From assembly GCA_963707215.1 (NCBI GenBank), contig CAVPPB010000001.1, forward strand, positions 448,001 through 512,000: a stretch of DNA of 64,000 nucleotides, written 5' to 3'. The stretch's first letter is position 1. The number at the start of each line of letters is the position of its first letter. The DNA is from an uncultured Chloroflexia bacterium (GTDB taxonomy: Bacteria > Chloroflexota > Limnocylindria > Limnocylindrales > CSP1-4). Positions 20,189 to 29,461 of the stretch are shown one piece after another. Under the pieces are notes generated by a model, which ran no database searches, had not been told where the DNA came from, and saw only the letters and a list, made by a program, of their open reading frames with translations. Made by a program: the position numbers and the translations under genes.

Positions 20189-21220
20189 GTGGAAGCTGTC
20201 ACCCTGTCGCTGGTCATCGTCGTCGGGCTCGCGCTCGTCTTCGACTACATCAACGGCTTCCACGACACGGCCAACGCGATCGCCACCTCGGTCGCGACCC
20301 GGGCACTCCGCCCGCGCGTCGCCGTCGCCATGGCAGCCTCGTTCAACTTCATCGGGGCCTTCTTCGGCACGGCCGTGGCCAAGACGATCGGCAGCGGACT
20401 GGTCGACGACGCCACGACCACCCAGGCCGTCGTGGCGGCCGCCCTGATCGGCGCCATCGCCTGGAACCTGCTGACCTGGTGGTGGGGCCTGCCCAGTTCA
20501 TCGAGCCACGCCCTCATCGGCGGCCTGATCGGCGCCACGGTCATCGCCGCCGGCACCGGAGCCCTCAAGATCGACGGCATCGTCAACAAGGTCCTCATCC
20601 CGATGGTCAGCTCGCCGATCATCGGGTTCAGCCTGGCGTTCGTCTTCATGCTGTCGCTGTACTGGATCTTCCGGAACCAGCTACGCAAGCCGATGGCCCG
20701 GATCTTCCGGCGGCTGCAGGTCCTGTCGGCGGGCTACATGGCGTTCTCCCACGGGACGAACGACGCCCAGAAGACGATGGGCATCATCACCCTCTCGCTG
20801 GTCGCCGCCGGGGGCATCGAGAACGGCTGGGTGACCCTCGACGCGAACGGACAGGCCAACATCCCGACCTGGGTCATCATCGCAGCGGCCAGCGCCATCT
20901 CCCTGGGGACCGCCGTCGGCGGCTGGCGGATCATGCGGACCATGGGCCACCGCGTGGTCGAGCTGGAGCCGGTCCACGGCTTTGCCGCCGAGACGACGGC
21001 CGCCACCGTCCTGCTCGGCACCGCTCAGCTCGGGATGCCCGTTTCGACGACCCACGTGATCTCGAGCTCGATCATGGGCGTGGGATCGAGCAAGGGGCCG
21101 CGCGGCGTCCGCTGGGGCGTGGCCCGGAGCATCCTCATCGCCTGGATCGTGACCATCCCCGCGACCGCCACGACCGCCGCGGTGGCGTGGCTGATCATCC
21201 ACAACCTCTTCGTCGCTTAG
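20189..21220 (+). CDS. pit: Inorganic phosphate transporter (PiT family)
   Basis: NGFHDTANAIAT, PSSSSHALIGG, HGTNDAQK, PVSTTH. Confidence 0.96.
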   Translation: MEAVTLSLVIVVGLALVFDYINGFHDTANAIATSVATRALRPRVAVAMAASFNFIGAFFGTAVAKTIGSGLVDDATTTQAVVAAALIGAIAWNLLTWWWGLPSSSSHALIGGLIGATVIAAGTGALKIDGIVNKVLIPMVSSPIIGFSLAFVFMLSLYWIFRNQLRKPMARIFRRLQVLSAGYMAFSHGTNDAQKTMGIITLSLVAAGGIENGWVTLDANGQANIPTWVIIAAASAISLGTAVGGWRIMRTMGHRVVELEPVHGFAAETTAATVLLGTAQLGMPVSTTHVISSSIMGVGSSKGPRGVRWGVARSILIAWIVTIPATATTAAVAWLIIHNLFVA

Positions 21221-21245
21221 CCACCGCGCTGCTCAGGAGTCACCG

Positions 21246-21863
21246 ATGACCTTCCGCCTGCTACCCAAGGACCAGCGCTTCTTCGAGCTCTTCATCAAGG
21301 ACGGCGAGAACCTCCTGGCGGCGGCCCGCGAGCTCCAGGACCTTGTGACCGACTACCGCGACATCGAGGAGCGGGTCGCCCGGATCCGGGTCCTCGAGCA
21401 CCGCGGTGACGAGATCGACGAGGAGGTCAACCGCAAGCTCGACGCCGCCTTCATCACGCCATTCGACCGGGAGGACATCCACGAGCTCGTCGTCCGGATG
21501 GACGACGTCGTCGACGGGATCCAGGAGATCGCAGAGACGTTCCTCATCTACGGCATCGCCCGCCCGACCGAGGAGTCGATCCGCCTGACCGGGATCCTGA
21601 CGGCCCAGGCCGTCCAGATCGTCGAGTGCCTTGGCAAGCTCGAGAAGCTCAAGGGCCTGGAGCCGCACGTCGCCCAGATCCATGAGCTCGAGAACGAGGC
21701 CGACGGCCTCTCGCGAGCCGCCGTCGCCCGGTTGTTCCACGAGGCTGGCGACCCGCTCGAGGTCATCAAGTGGCGGGACGTCTACATCGCCCTCGAGGAA
21801 GCGATCGACGCCGCCGAGGACACCGGCGAGGTCATGGAGCGGATGGTCCACAAGGGGACCTGA
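21246..21863 (+). CDS. DUF47 PhoU-like Pit accessory protein
   Basis: EHRGD, FITPFDREDI, LENEAD, IKWRDVY; follows pit. Confidence 0.94.
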   Translation: MTFRLLPKDQRFFELFIKDGENLLAAARELQDLVTDYRDIEERVARIRVLEHRGDEIDEEVNRKLDAAFITPFDREDIHELVVRMDDVVDGIQEIAETFLIYGIARPTEESIRLTGILTAQAVQIVECLGKLEKLKGLEPHVAQIHELENEADGLSRAAVARLFHEAGDPLEVIKWRDVYIALEEAIDAAEDTGEVMERMVHKGT

Positions 21864-21915
21864 GCAGGCTCACCGCGGTCTTCGGTCGACCGCCGCCCTC
21901 GATCAGCCAACGGAC

Positions 21916-22644
21916 TCAGCCGACCGGCGCGGGCTCCGAGGCCGGCTCGACGGGCGTCGGCCGCCGGAAGACGTAGCCGACCCCACGGACCGTGTGGACG
22001 AAGACCGGCGTCGACGGGTCGTCCTCGATCTCACTTCGCAGCCAGTGCACGTGGACGTCGACCGTGCGCGTCTCGCCAGCGTACTCGTAGCCCCACACCC
22101 GCTCCAGGAGCTGGTCCCGGGTGAAGACCTGGCCGGGGTGTCGGACGAGGAAGGACAGGAGCTCGAAGGCCTTCGGCTTGATCGGCACGGGTCGGCCGTC
22201 GCGAAGCAAGCGGTGCCCGGCCAGGTCCACCTGCACGGAGCCGAGGTCGACGATCCTGGCCCCCTCGCCCGCGGCCACCTGCTCCGCCCGCCGGAAGAGG
22301 GCCCGGATGCGGGCCGAGAGCTCGCGGAGGCTGAACGGCTTGGTGACGTAGTCGTCGGCCCCGAGCTCCAGGCCGACGACCTTGTCGAGCTCGGAATCCT
22401 TGGCCGTCAGCATGACGATCGGGATGCCGGATTCGGCCCGGATGATCCGGCAGACCTCGATGCCGGACAGCTCCGGCAGCATCAGGTCGAGCAGGATCAA
22501 GTCGGGGGCATCGGCCCGGAAGCGGGTCAGCGCCTCGCGCCCGTCGGCCGCGGTGAGCGTCCGGTAGCCGTCGGCCTCGAGGGCCTCGGCGAGGGTCTCG
22601 CGAAGGGTCGGCTCGTCTTCGACGACGAGGATCGTGCGTGCCAT
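21916..22644 (-). CDS. phoB: PhoB/RegX3-like response regulator
   Basis: VVEDE, LLDLMLP, LTAK, GADDYVTKPF, RTVDVHVHWLR, TVRGVGY. Confidence 0.9.
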   Translation of the reverse strand: MARTILVVEDEPTLRETLAEALEADGYRTLTAADGREALTRFRADAPDLILLDLMLPELSGIEVCRIIRAESGIPIVMLTAKDSELDKVVGLELGADDYVTKPFSLRELSARIRALFRRAEQVAAGEGARIVDLGSVQVDLAGHRLLRDGRPVPIKPKAFELLSFLVRHPGQVFTRDQLLERVWGYEYAGETRTVDVHVHWLRSEIEDDPSTPVFVHTVRGVGYVFRRPTPVEPASEPAPVG

Positions 22645-22697
22645 CGATGGGAGTCTCCACCGGGCATGTTAACGCGGCATTGGCTGCCGCCCGCGGA

Positions 22698-23087
22698 TCA
22701 GCGCTCGAGGGCGTACCACTCCACGAACGAGCGACAGCGACCGGCGACGTCGAACTCCAACAGGAACACGTTGTGGTAGCGCCGGGCGACCGGCCCGCCC
22801 GGTCCCGTGAAGTACTCGCTGGTGCCGACCGCCACGGCCCGGTCCCCGTCGACGAGCCAGGGGACGTAGCTCGCGGCATAGGTGCCGGCCTGGTCGCGCT
22901 CGGACGCGTCGCCGTCCGGCGCCAGCCAGGATCCCACGATGGCGTCGCGGCCGCGGATCGGCAGGCCCCACGGGGCAAAGCGGTACTCGGCGTCGTCGGA
23001 GAAGAGCTCGCCGATCGCGTCCGGATCGTAGGTCTGCCATGCCCGGATGTAGCGTTCGAGCCAGTCCCTGACGTCGTCCGTCGTCAT
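22698..23087 (-). CDS. NTF2/SnoaL-like domain protein
   Basis: WLERYIRAW...LFSDDAEY...GRDAI...F-x-EWY pattern; GGAGG upstream. Confidence 0.85.
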   Translation of the reverse strand: MTTDDVRDWLERYIRAWQTYDPDAIGELFSDDAEYRFAPWGLPIRGRDAIVGSWLAPDGDASERDQAGTYAASYVPWLVDGDRAVAVGTSEYFTGPGGPVARRYHNVFLLEFDVAGRCRSFVEWYALER

Positions 23088-23172
23088 CGCCGGTTCCCTC
23101 CGTCGCTCGGTGCTGAGGATGCCACGCTCGGCGGTGCGGTTCCGGGCCGGTCCGCAGCGACCCAGCTTCGGC

Positions 23173-24714
23173 TCAGCCGTCGGCGGCGTCGGCGGGCCCC
23201 GCGGCCAGGGCGGCGATCGCGGCGTCGAGTCGCTCGAGGGTCCGCTCCCGCCCCAGTGCCACGAGCGTGTCGAAGAGTGGAGGCGCCGCCGTCCGGCCCG
23301 TCGTCGTCACGCGAATGGCCATGAACAGGTCACCGGCCTTCCAGCCCCGGGCCTCGGCCAGGGCCCGGATCGGCGGCTCCAGCTCGTCGGCCTCGAAGGC
23401 GACCGCCCCGAGCCCCTCCACGGTGGCCCTGACCGCGACGAGGGCATCGAGGGCCGTCGCGACGTCCCAGCGCTTCGGTACCAGGAGCGCTGGGTCCACC
23501 TCGACCTCGTCGACGAAGAGGAAGCCCACCAGGTCGCCGACGGCACCGAGCGTCGGCAGGCGCTCCTGGATGACCGGCAGCAGCGCCCGGATCTCGTCGT
23601 CGGCCGGGAGGCGGTCGATCCGCCCGTCCGTCAGATCGGCCTCCAGGAACGGTCGCAGCCGATCCACGAGGTCCTCGGCATCGAGCCGACGGATCCACTG
23701 GCCGTTGACCCAGTCGAGGCGCTCACGGTCGAACACCGCTCCGCCCTTCTGGACCCGCCCGAGCTCGAAGCGCTCGACGATCTCGGGCAGCGACATGATC
23801 TCCTCCTCGGTGCCCGGCGACCAGCCGAGCAGGGCGAGGAAGTTGACGAAGGCCTCCGGCACGAAGCCCTGCGCCCGGTAATCGGAGACCGCGGTCTGGC
23901 TCTTGCGCTTGCTCATCTTCGAGCGATCGGGGTTCAGGATCAGCGGCAGGTGGGCGAAGGCCGGGACCGCCTCGCCGAGCGCCCGGAACAGCAGGATGTG
24001 CTTCGGCGTGTTCGAGAGGTGGTCCTCGCCCCGGATGACGTGGCTGATCCGCATCGCCGCGTCGTCCACGACGACGGTGAAGTGGTAGAGCGGCGTCCCG
24101 TCGGCCCGAACGATGACGAAGTCGCCACCGAGGTTGGCGGTGTCGATCTCGACCCGGCCCCGGACCAGGTCGTCGAAGACCACCGTCCCCTCCCCCACCC
24201 GGAAGCGGATCGTCGGCCGCCGGCCGGCGGCCTCCCGGGCGGCCCGCTCGGCAGGGGTCAGCGCGGCGCAGCGGCCGAGGTAGCGGGGAGCCTCGCGGGC
24301 CGCCTCGGCCGCCTTCCGATCCGCTTCCAGCTCACCGGGCGAGCAGTAGCACGGATAGGCCCGGTCCTCGGCGAGGAGGCGGTCGGCGGCCGCCCGGTAG
24401 CGGTCCAGCCGCTGCATCTGGCGGTAGGGACCGAAGGGCCCGCGATCGGGACCACCGGCCACGTCCGGGCCCTCGTCCCAGGTCAGGCCGAGCCAGTGCA
24501 GCCCGTCGAGGATGTCCTTCTCGTAGGCGATCGACGAGCGGGCGACGTCGGTGTCCTCGAGACGGAGGACGAACGTGCCGCCGACGTGCTGGGCGAAGAG
24601 GTAGTTGAAGAGCGCGGTCCGGGCCGTGCCGACATGGAGGGGACCGGTCGGGCTGGGGGCGATGCGGACCCGGATCTCGGGGGCGGATCCGCGGCGGGGC
24701 TGGTCGTCGGTCAT
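23173..24714 (-). CDS. gltX: Glutamate--tRNA ligase
   Basis: APSPTGPLHVG (HIGH), RLEDTD, CYC, HVIRGEDH, KMSKR. Confidence 0.97.
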   Translation of the reverse strand: MTDDQPRRGSAPEIRVRIAPSPTGPLHVGTARTALFNYLFAQHVGGTFVLRLEDTDVARSSIAYEKDILDGLHWLGLTWDEGPDVAGGPDRGPFGPYRQMQRLDRYRAAADRLLAEDRAYPCYCSPGELEADRKAAEAAREAPRYLGRCAALTPAERAAREAAGRRPTIRFRVGEGTVVFDDLVRGRVEIDTANLGGDFVIVRADGTPLYHFTVVVDDAAMRISHVIRGEDHLSNTPKHILLFRALGEAVPAFAHLPLILNPDRSKMSKRKSQTAVSDYRAQGFVPEAFVNFLALLGWSPGTEEEIMSLPEIVERFELGRVQKGGAVFDRERLDWVNGQWIRRLDAEDLVDRLRPFLEADLTDGRIDRLPADDEIRALLPVIQERLPTLGAVGDLVGFLFVDEVEVDPALLVPKRWDVATALDALVAVRATVEGLGAVAFEADELEPPIRALAEARGWKAGDLFMAIRVTTTGRTAAPPLFDTLVALGRERTLERLDAAIAALAAGPADAADG

Positions 24715-24798
24715 GGCCGGAGGGTACACGGCCCGCCGGGGGGCTTCCGATGCGGGCCGCCGGATGGGAGCGCCGGTCCCTCGGACCTCTCGAGCGGG

Positions 24799-25545
24799 TC
24801 AGGCGCGGTCGAGCGTGCGGCCCTCGCGCTCGGGAACCCGGTGGAACAGGGCCGGGTCGGCCTCGCCGGGCAGGACCCGGATCAGCGATGCCGGCCGGAG
24901 GCCCAGGGTGGCCCGACCGATGGGCCCGTCGAGGGTCAGCGAGTCGAGCGACTCGGAACGGGCCAGGACGGTGATGTGAGCCCCCGGCGTCAGCCCGCGG
25001 GCTTCGAGATAGGACAGCAGGCCGGCATCCTCCTCGGCCTCTTCGGTGATCCGGTAGACGGTCGCCCGGTTGCCGGCCTCGACCTGGCTCAGGGGGATCC
25101 CGGTCGGGCGGCGGCGGGCGGTCTCGAGGTCGATCGGGTTGCCGTGCGGGCAGGTCTCGGGGTGCCCGAGCAGCGCGTCCAGCTGCGCCTCCACGCGCGG
25201 CGACAGCGCCCCCTGGAGCCGGGCTGCCTCCTCGTCGGACTCGGCCCAGCCCAGGCCGACGACCGACGTCAGGAGCCATTCGAGGAGGGCATGCCGCCGA
25301 AAGATCCCGTCGGCGGCGGTCCGTCCAGCGGTCGTGAGATGGAGCTCGCGGGACGGCGACGACTCGACGAGCCCATCGGCCCCGAGTCGCCGGAACATCT
25401 CGGAGGCCGCCTGGGTGCTGACGCCGAGGCGGCGGCCGACCTGGGCCGCGCTGACCCGGTCGCCCTCGCCGGTCATCACGCGCAGGGCGAGCAGGTACTC
25501 CTGGGCCGCCGAGGAGAGATCGCCCGGGCCGTGTCGACGCTGCAT
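24799..25545 (-). CDS. DtxR/IdeR/MntR metal-dependent transcriptional regulator with FeoA domain
   Basis: EYLLAL, HTH, RRHALLEWLL, EAARL, TCPHGNPI; own ATG 25545 with TACGAT 6 nt upstream. Confidence 0.9.
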   Translation of the reverse strand: MQRRHGPGDLSSAAQEYLLALRVMTGEGDRVSAAQVGRRLGVSTQAASEMFRRLGADGLVESSPSRELHLTTAGRTAADGIFRRHALLEWLLTSVVGLGWAESDEEAARLQGALSPRVEAQLDALLGHPETCPHGNPIDLETARRRPTGIPLSQVEAGNRATVYRITEEAEEDAGLLSYLEARGLTPGAHITVLARSESLDSLTLDGPIGRATLGLRPASLIRVLPGEADPALFHRVPEREGRTLDRA

Positions 25546-25592
25546 GGGCCCATCGTAGCGGGCGCCGCCGGTCCCGCGGGAGATCGACGTCC

Positions 25593-26574
25593 CTAGCGCG
25601 GGCCGGCGATCCGGATCGCGGCGCCGGTCGCGAGCCCCACGGCGAACGGCGCGAGCAGCGCCGGCAGGAGCAGGTCGTCGGCAGCGGCCACCGCCGCCCA
25701 GCAGGACGAGCGCGGAGACGACGGCCGTCAGCAAGCCGGCGAGCAGGCCGGCCGAGGCCGCGGTATCGCGTCGGGCCGCTCCCGTCGTCCGGGATGCGGA
25801 GGTCGGCGTCGTTGGCCAGGGCCCTGGGGCCGGGCCTGCCGCCGGGCCGGCCGTCGGGCCGGGAGCCCGCCCCGACCCGGAGATCGGCGGGGTAGCGCCG
25901 GGACCCGGGGGGCTCCCCGTCGCTCGGCGAGCCCGGGCCTGGTACTCGGGGCCGTGCTTCCGCGGGTCCGCGTACTCCTTCGGGTTGATCGTCCAGTAGG
26001 TGCCGCTCGAGGCGCCGTACCAGCCCGCGCCCTCCCAGCTCGGCTCGAACGGCTCCTGGCCAGCCTCGTCGTAGCTCGTCGAGTTGAGGGTCGCCCGGCG
26101 GCGGCTCCCGGATCGCCGGCGGCTGCTCGGTCCACCGTCCGTCCGGCTGCCGGGACCTCCGCCCGCGCTGGCACGACCGCCCGGCGTGGCCCCGTCCTGC
26201 GAGGCCGTCGGGCCATCGCCCGGGGACCCGGTCGGTCGCCCGGTCGACCACCAGCTGCCACCCGACCAGCCCGTCGACGACCAGCCGGCTCGGCCACCGG
26301 ACCGGGTGCGGTATCCCTGCCGGGATGCCCTGGCTCGCGTCGGGTCGGCGTCCCATGGCGCCTGCTGGCGAGCAACACGACCGGCGGGGCCCGGCCGCCC
26401 ACCGACGATCTGCTCGTACGCGGCCTGGATCGCCAGGAAGCGACGGACCTCGATCTCGCCGGCGGAGTCGGGATGGTAGCGCTTGGCCAGCCGGCGATAG
26501 GCACGCTTGACCTCGTCGACCGGGGCGCCCGGCACGAGCCCGAGCGTGCGATACGGATCGGCGCTGAAGGTCAT
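25593..26574 (-). CDS. J-domain (DnaJ class C) membrane protein; apparent frameshift ~25690
   Basis: DPYRTLGL...KRAYRRLAKRYHPD; the shifted frame gives a second TM helix LLLPALLAPFAVGLATGAAI and TAG at 25593. Confidence 0.8.
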
Positions 26575-26604
26575 GGTGGCGCGGTCACCCCCGAAGGGTC
26601 CGGG

Positions 26605-27777
26605 TCAGCCGACGAGCTCGCCGACCGGCACCAGCTCGAAGTCGACGACCGACTCCGCGCTGACGCGCCCATGCGGGTCGCGCTCGGTCGGCCGATGGTA
26701 GCGAGCGAGCTCCCGAAGCGGCCGTCCGTCGACCACCCCCACCTGGCGGAGCGCCTCGACGGTGGCGGCCCAGGTGGCCCGCTCGTACCCCCCACCATCT
26801 TCGATCTTGATGGCGAGGCCGGATGGTCCCTTACGACGGCCGACGTCGGCGCGCGGCCCGGGCAGGATGGCGACGCCCCGGAGTGCCTCCATGCCGCCCT
26901 TGCTGACCAGGCGCCCGGGCAGCGCCTTCATGAGCGAGGTGTCGAGACGGTCGCGCGTCCCGCCGATCATCTCGGGATGGGCGAGCATCGCGTCACGGAC
27001 GATCGTCAGGGCCGGCGCGACGGCCCGCCTGGGGTCGGTGGCCGGGAGGGCCGCGGGCTCGGCAAGGACAGCGTAGGCCCGGGCGACCTCCCGCAGCGCG
27101 ACCGCGTAGGTCGGCACGCCGCAGCCATCGATCGCCATCGGGATCCGGTCCGGCTCCCGGCCGAAGACGCGGGCGACCGCGGATCGATAGGCCACCTGGG
27201 CCGGATGGTCCGGCAGCCAGTAGCCGTCGGGATCCCAGCCGTGGAGCTTCGAGAGCAGGATGAAGACGCTGTGCTGGCCGGAGCACATGTGGCGGACCGG
27301 GCCCGGTCGCTCGCCGTCGCGGGCGAGGCGGGACGCGGTGAGGTCGTCGAGGGGCATCCCTTCCGCCCCGCAGGCGAGGATCGACTGACTGACCCGGGCC
27401 CGGCGGTACATGCCCTGGAGCGTCCGGACGTGCAGGTCCTCACCGCTGTGGGACGAGGCCATGAGCGCGAGCTCGGCCGCGGTCAGGTCGAAGGCTTCGA
27501 TCCCACCCGTCTCGACGAGGCTCACCAGCCCGAACGGCTTGACGGTGGAGCGTAGGGTGACGACCCGATCGGGCTCGCCCACGGCCATGAGCTCGCGGCC
27601 ATCGGCGTCGACCTCCACGACATCGCCACGGTGGACGCTCTCGACGATGCCGTCCCGAGCCACCCTCACCAGGACGGGAGCGACGCTCCCGCGGGTCGAC
27701 CGCGAACGCGACGTGGCGGACCGCCGTTTGGCAGAGCCGCGGGGCTTCGGGGCTGGGGACGCGGCGGCGTCGGGCAC
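26605..27777 (-). CDS. Rhizobium-type (class 3) L-asparaginase family protein
   Basis: ESVHRG, RSTVKP, SHSGE, CSGQH, DGCG-x-P, KGG, KIEDG; GGAGG before GTG 27777. Confidence 0.88.
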   Translation of the reverse strand: MPDAAASPAPKPRGSAKRRSATSRSRSTRGSVAPVLVRVARDGIVESVHRGDVVEVDADGRELMAVGEPDRVVTLRSTVKPFGLVSLVETGGIEAFDLTAAELALMASSHSGEDLHVRTLQGMYRRARVSQSILACGAEGMPLDDLTASRLARDGERPGPVRHMCSGQHSVFILLSKLHGWDPDGYWLPDHPAQVAYRSAVARVFGREPDRIPMAIDGCGVPTYAVALREVARAYAVLAEPAALPATDPRRAVAPALTIVRDAMLAHPEMIGGTRDRLDTSLMKALPGRLVSKGGMEALRGVAILPGPRADVGRRKGPSGLAIKIEDGGGYERATWAATVEALRQVGVVDGRPLRELARYHRPTERDPHGRVSAESVVDFELVPVGELVG

Positions 27778-28065
27778 GGATGCGGCCTCCGGGTCGGGAC
27801 GATGCCCCGAGGATAGCGCGGGTCCGGGTATGCGACCGGGCGGGCGGATCACCGTTCGTGGGCACCCGACCGGCGAGCCGCCTCGGCCCGGTCGCTGGCG
27901 CGACGCTAGGTCGCGGCGGGACCCGCGTCAATGCCTCCGGCCGTGGGAGCGAGCGGGACCACCCTGATGCCGGTGCGCCCGGGCACCGCTCCGGTCGCGG
28001 CGGCCGGTGCTAGCATCGGGCGCGGTCCCCTTCGCCCCGGCCCTGTCCGCCCCGGAGATGCCACC

Positions 28066-28719
28066 GTGACCGAACTCGACCTTCCGAAGACCCTCCACGT
28101 CTCGAGCCACCCGGCCGTCCAGCACAAGCTCGCGATCCTGCGCGACGAGGACGTCGAGCCGAAGAAGTTCCGCGAGGTCGTCCGCGAGCTGTCGTGGCTC
28201 CTGGGCTACGAGGCACTGGCCGACACCCGCGTCCGTCGGATCACCGTCCGCACGCCGCTCGAGACGACCGAGGCCCACGAGCTGGCCGACCGGATCGGCC
28301 TGGTCCCGATCCTGCGGGCCGGTCTCGGCATGGTCGACGCCATGCTGGAGCTGATGCCGACGGCCCAGGTCTGGCATCTCGGCCTCTTCCGCGACGAGCG
28401 GACCCTGCGGCCGGTCGAGTACTACAACAAGCTGCCCGATTCCGCGAGCGTCGACGTCTGCCTCATCCTCGACCCGATGCTGGCGACCGGCGGCTCCGCC
28501 ACCGCCGCCATCGAGGTCCTCAAGCGCTGGGGCGCGGTCAGGATCAAGCTGGTCAACCTCATCGCCGCCCCCGAGGGCGTCCGGGCCGTCCACGAGGCGC
28601 ACCCGGACGTCGAGATCTACAGCGCCGCTCTCGACCGGGAGCTCAACGACAAGGGCTACATCATGCCCGGCCTCGGTGACGCGGGCGACCGCCAGTTCGG
28701 GACCGGCCACTCGAGCTAG
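28066..28719 (+). CDS. upp: Uracil phosphoribosyltransferase
   Basis: VPILRAGLGM, DPMLATGGS, GYIMPGLGDAGDR. Confidence 0.97.
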   Translation: MTELDLPKTLHVSSHPAVQHKLAILRDEDVEPKKFREVVRELSWLLGYEALADTRVRRITVRTPLETTEAHELADRIGLVPILRAGLGMVDAMLELMPTAQVWHLGLFRDERTLRPVEYYNKLPDSASVDVCLILDPMLATGGSATAAIEVLKRWGAVRIKLVNLIAAPEGVRAVHEAHPDVEIYSAALDRELNDKGYIMPGLGDAGDRQFGTGHSS

Positions 28720-28863
28720 GCCCCATGCTCGGTCGCCCATCGCGGTGAGACGTCGTCCGGGTCTTGGATCGCGCGTTCACGCCACTTCCGTCGACGGCGT
28801 GGCACCGACCGACCCGGGCACGGAGCCCGAGGCGGCCAGCGGTGCCACGGGGGTCTGCCCCGG

Positions 28864-29202
28864 CTAGTCCGTATCGATCACGAGCTCCGACGGGGCCTCG
28901 GCCGGCGGCGTCGACAGGTCGACCCCGTGGACCGACTGCACATGCTCCAGGAACCATGTGCTGAATTCGTCACGGGAGCCCATCATCTGCCCGAACGATC
29001 GCAATGGATCTTCCCCCTCGAGGGTGACGATGACGAGATCACCCATCGGGGTCGACTGGAGGAAGGTCCGCTCGCGGACTCCGGCCCGCTTCCTCGACTC
29101 GACGAATTCCGCCCGGCGTGGCCCGTTGATCTCCTCCATCCAGGCCCGCCACTCGTCGGTCTTCCCGGGTAGGATCGGGAACGTCGCTGCCATCAACGCC
29201 AT
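28864..29202 (-). CDS. Small conserved hypothetical protein (dimeric alpha/beta barrel-like)
   Basis: 112 aa, AAGGAGG RBS, PILPGK...ERTFLQ-x-TP-x-GD pattern; fold assignment is inference. Confidence 0.7.
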   Translation of the reverse strand: MALMAATFPILPGKTDEWRAWMEEINGPRRAEFVESRKRAGVRERTFLQSTPMGDLVIVTLEGEDPLRSFGQMMGSRDEFSTWFLEHVQSVHGVDLSTPPAEAPSELVIDTD

Positions 29203-29461
29203 GGGACGCCTCCTTGGTAGGGCCCGCCCTCAACGCATGGGTCGCACGGGTGCTGGGCCTTCCCCGATTCTGACAGCCGACCGCAAGCAGACCGCACTCG
29301 CAGTGGATGGACCCCGGGCCGACACCGCTCGTTCGGCGCCCCGGCAAGGGACGGGACCGGTCAAGCCAGCCGCCTTCATCACCGGCGCGCTGGCACCGGT
29401 GAGGCGCGAGCCCCCACGCCCCTCGGGGGGCTACGCCCCGGGATCCGGAGGCCCCTGACCC

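Noticed and set aside
24799-26574. Apparent 591-aa DnaJ-DtxR fusion in the ORF track
   Set aside because: A one-base shift near 25690 restores a second TM helix and a TAG at 25593, and dtxR has its own -10 and ATG; most likely an indel artefact.
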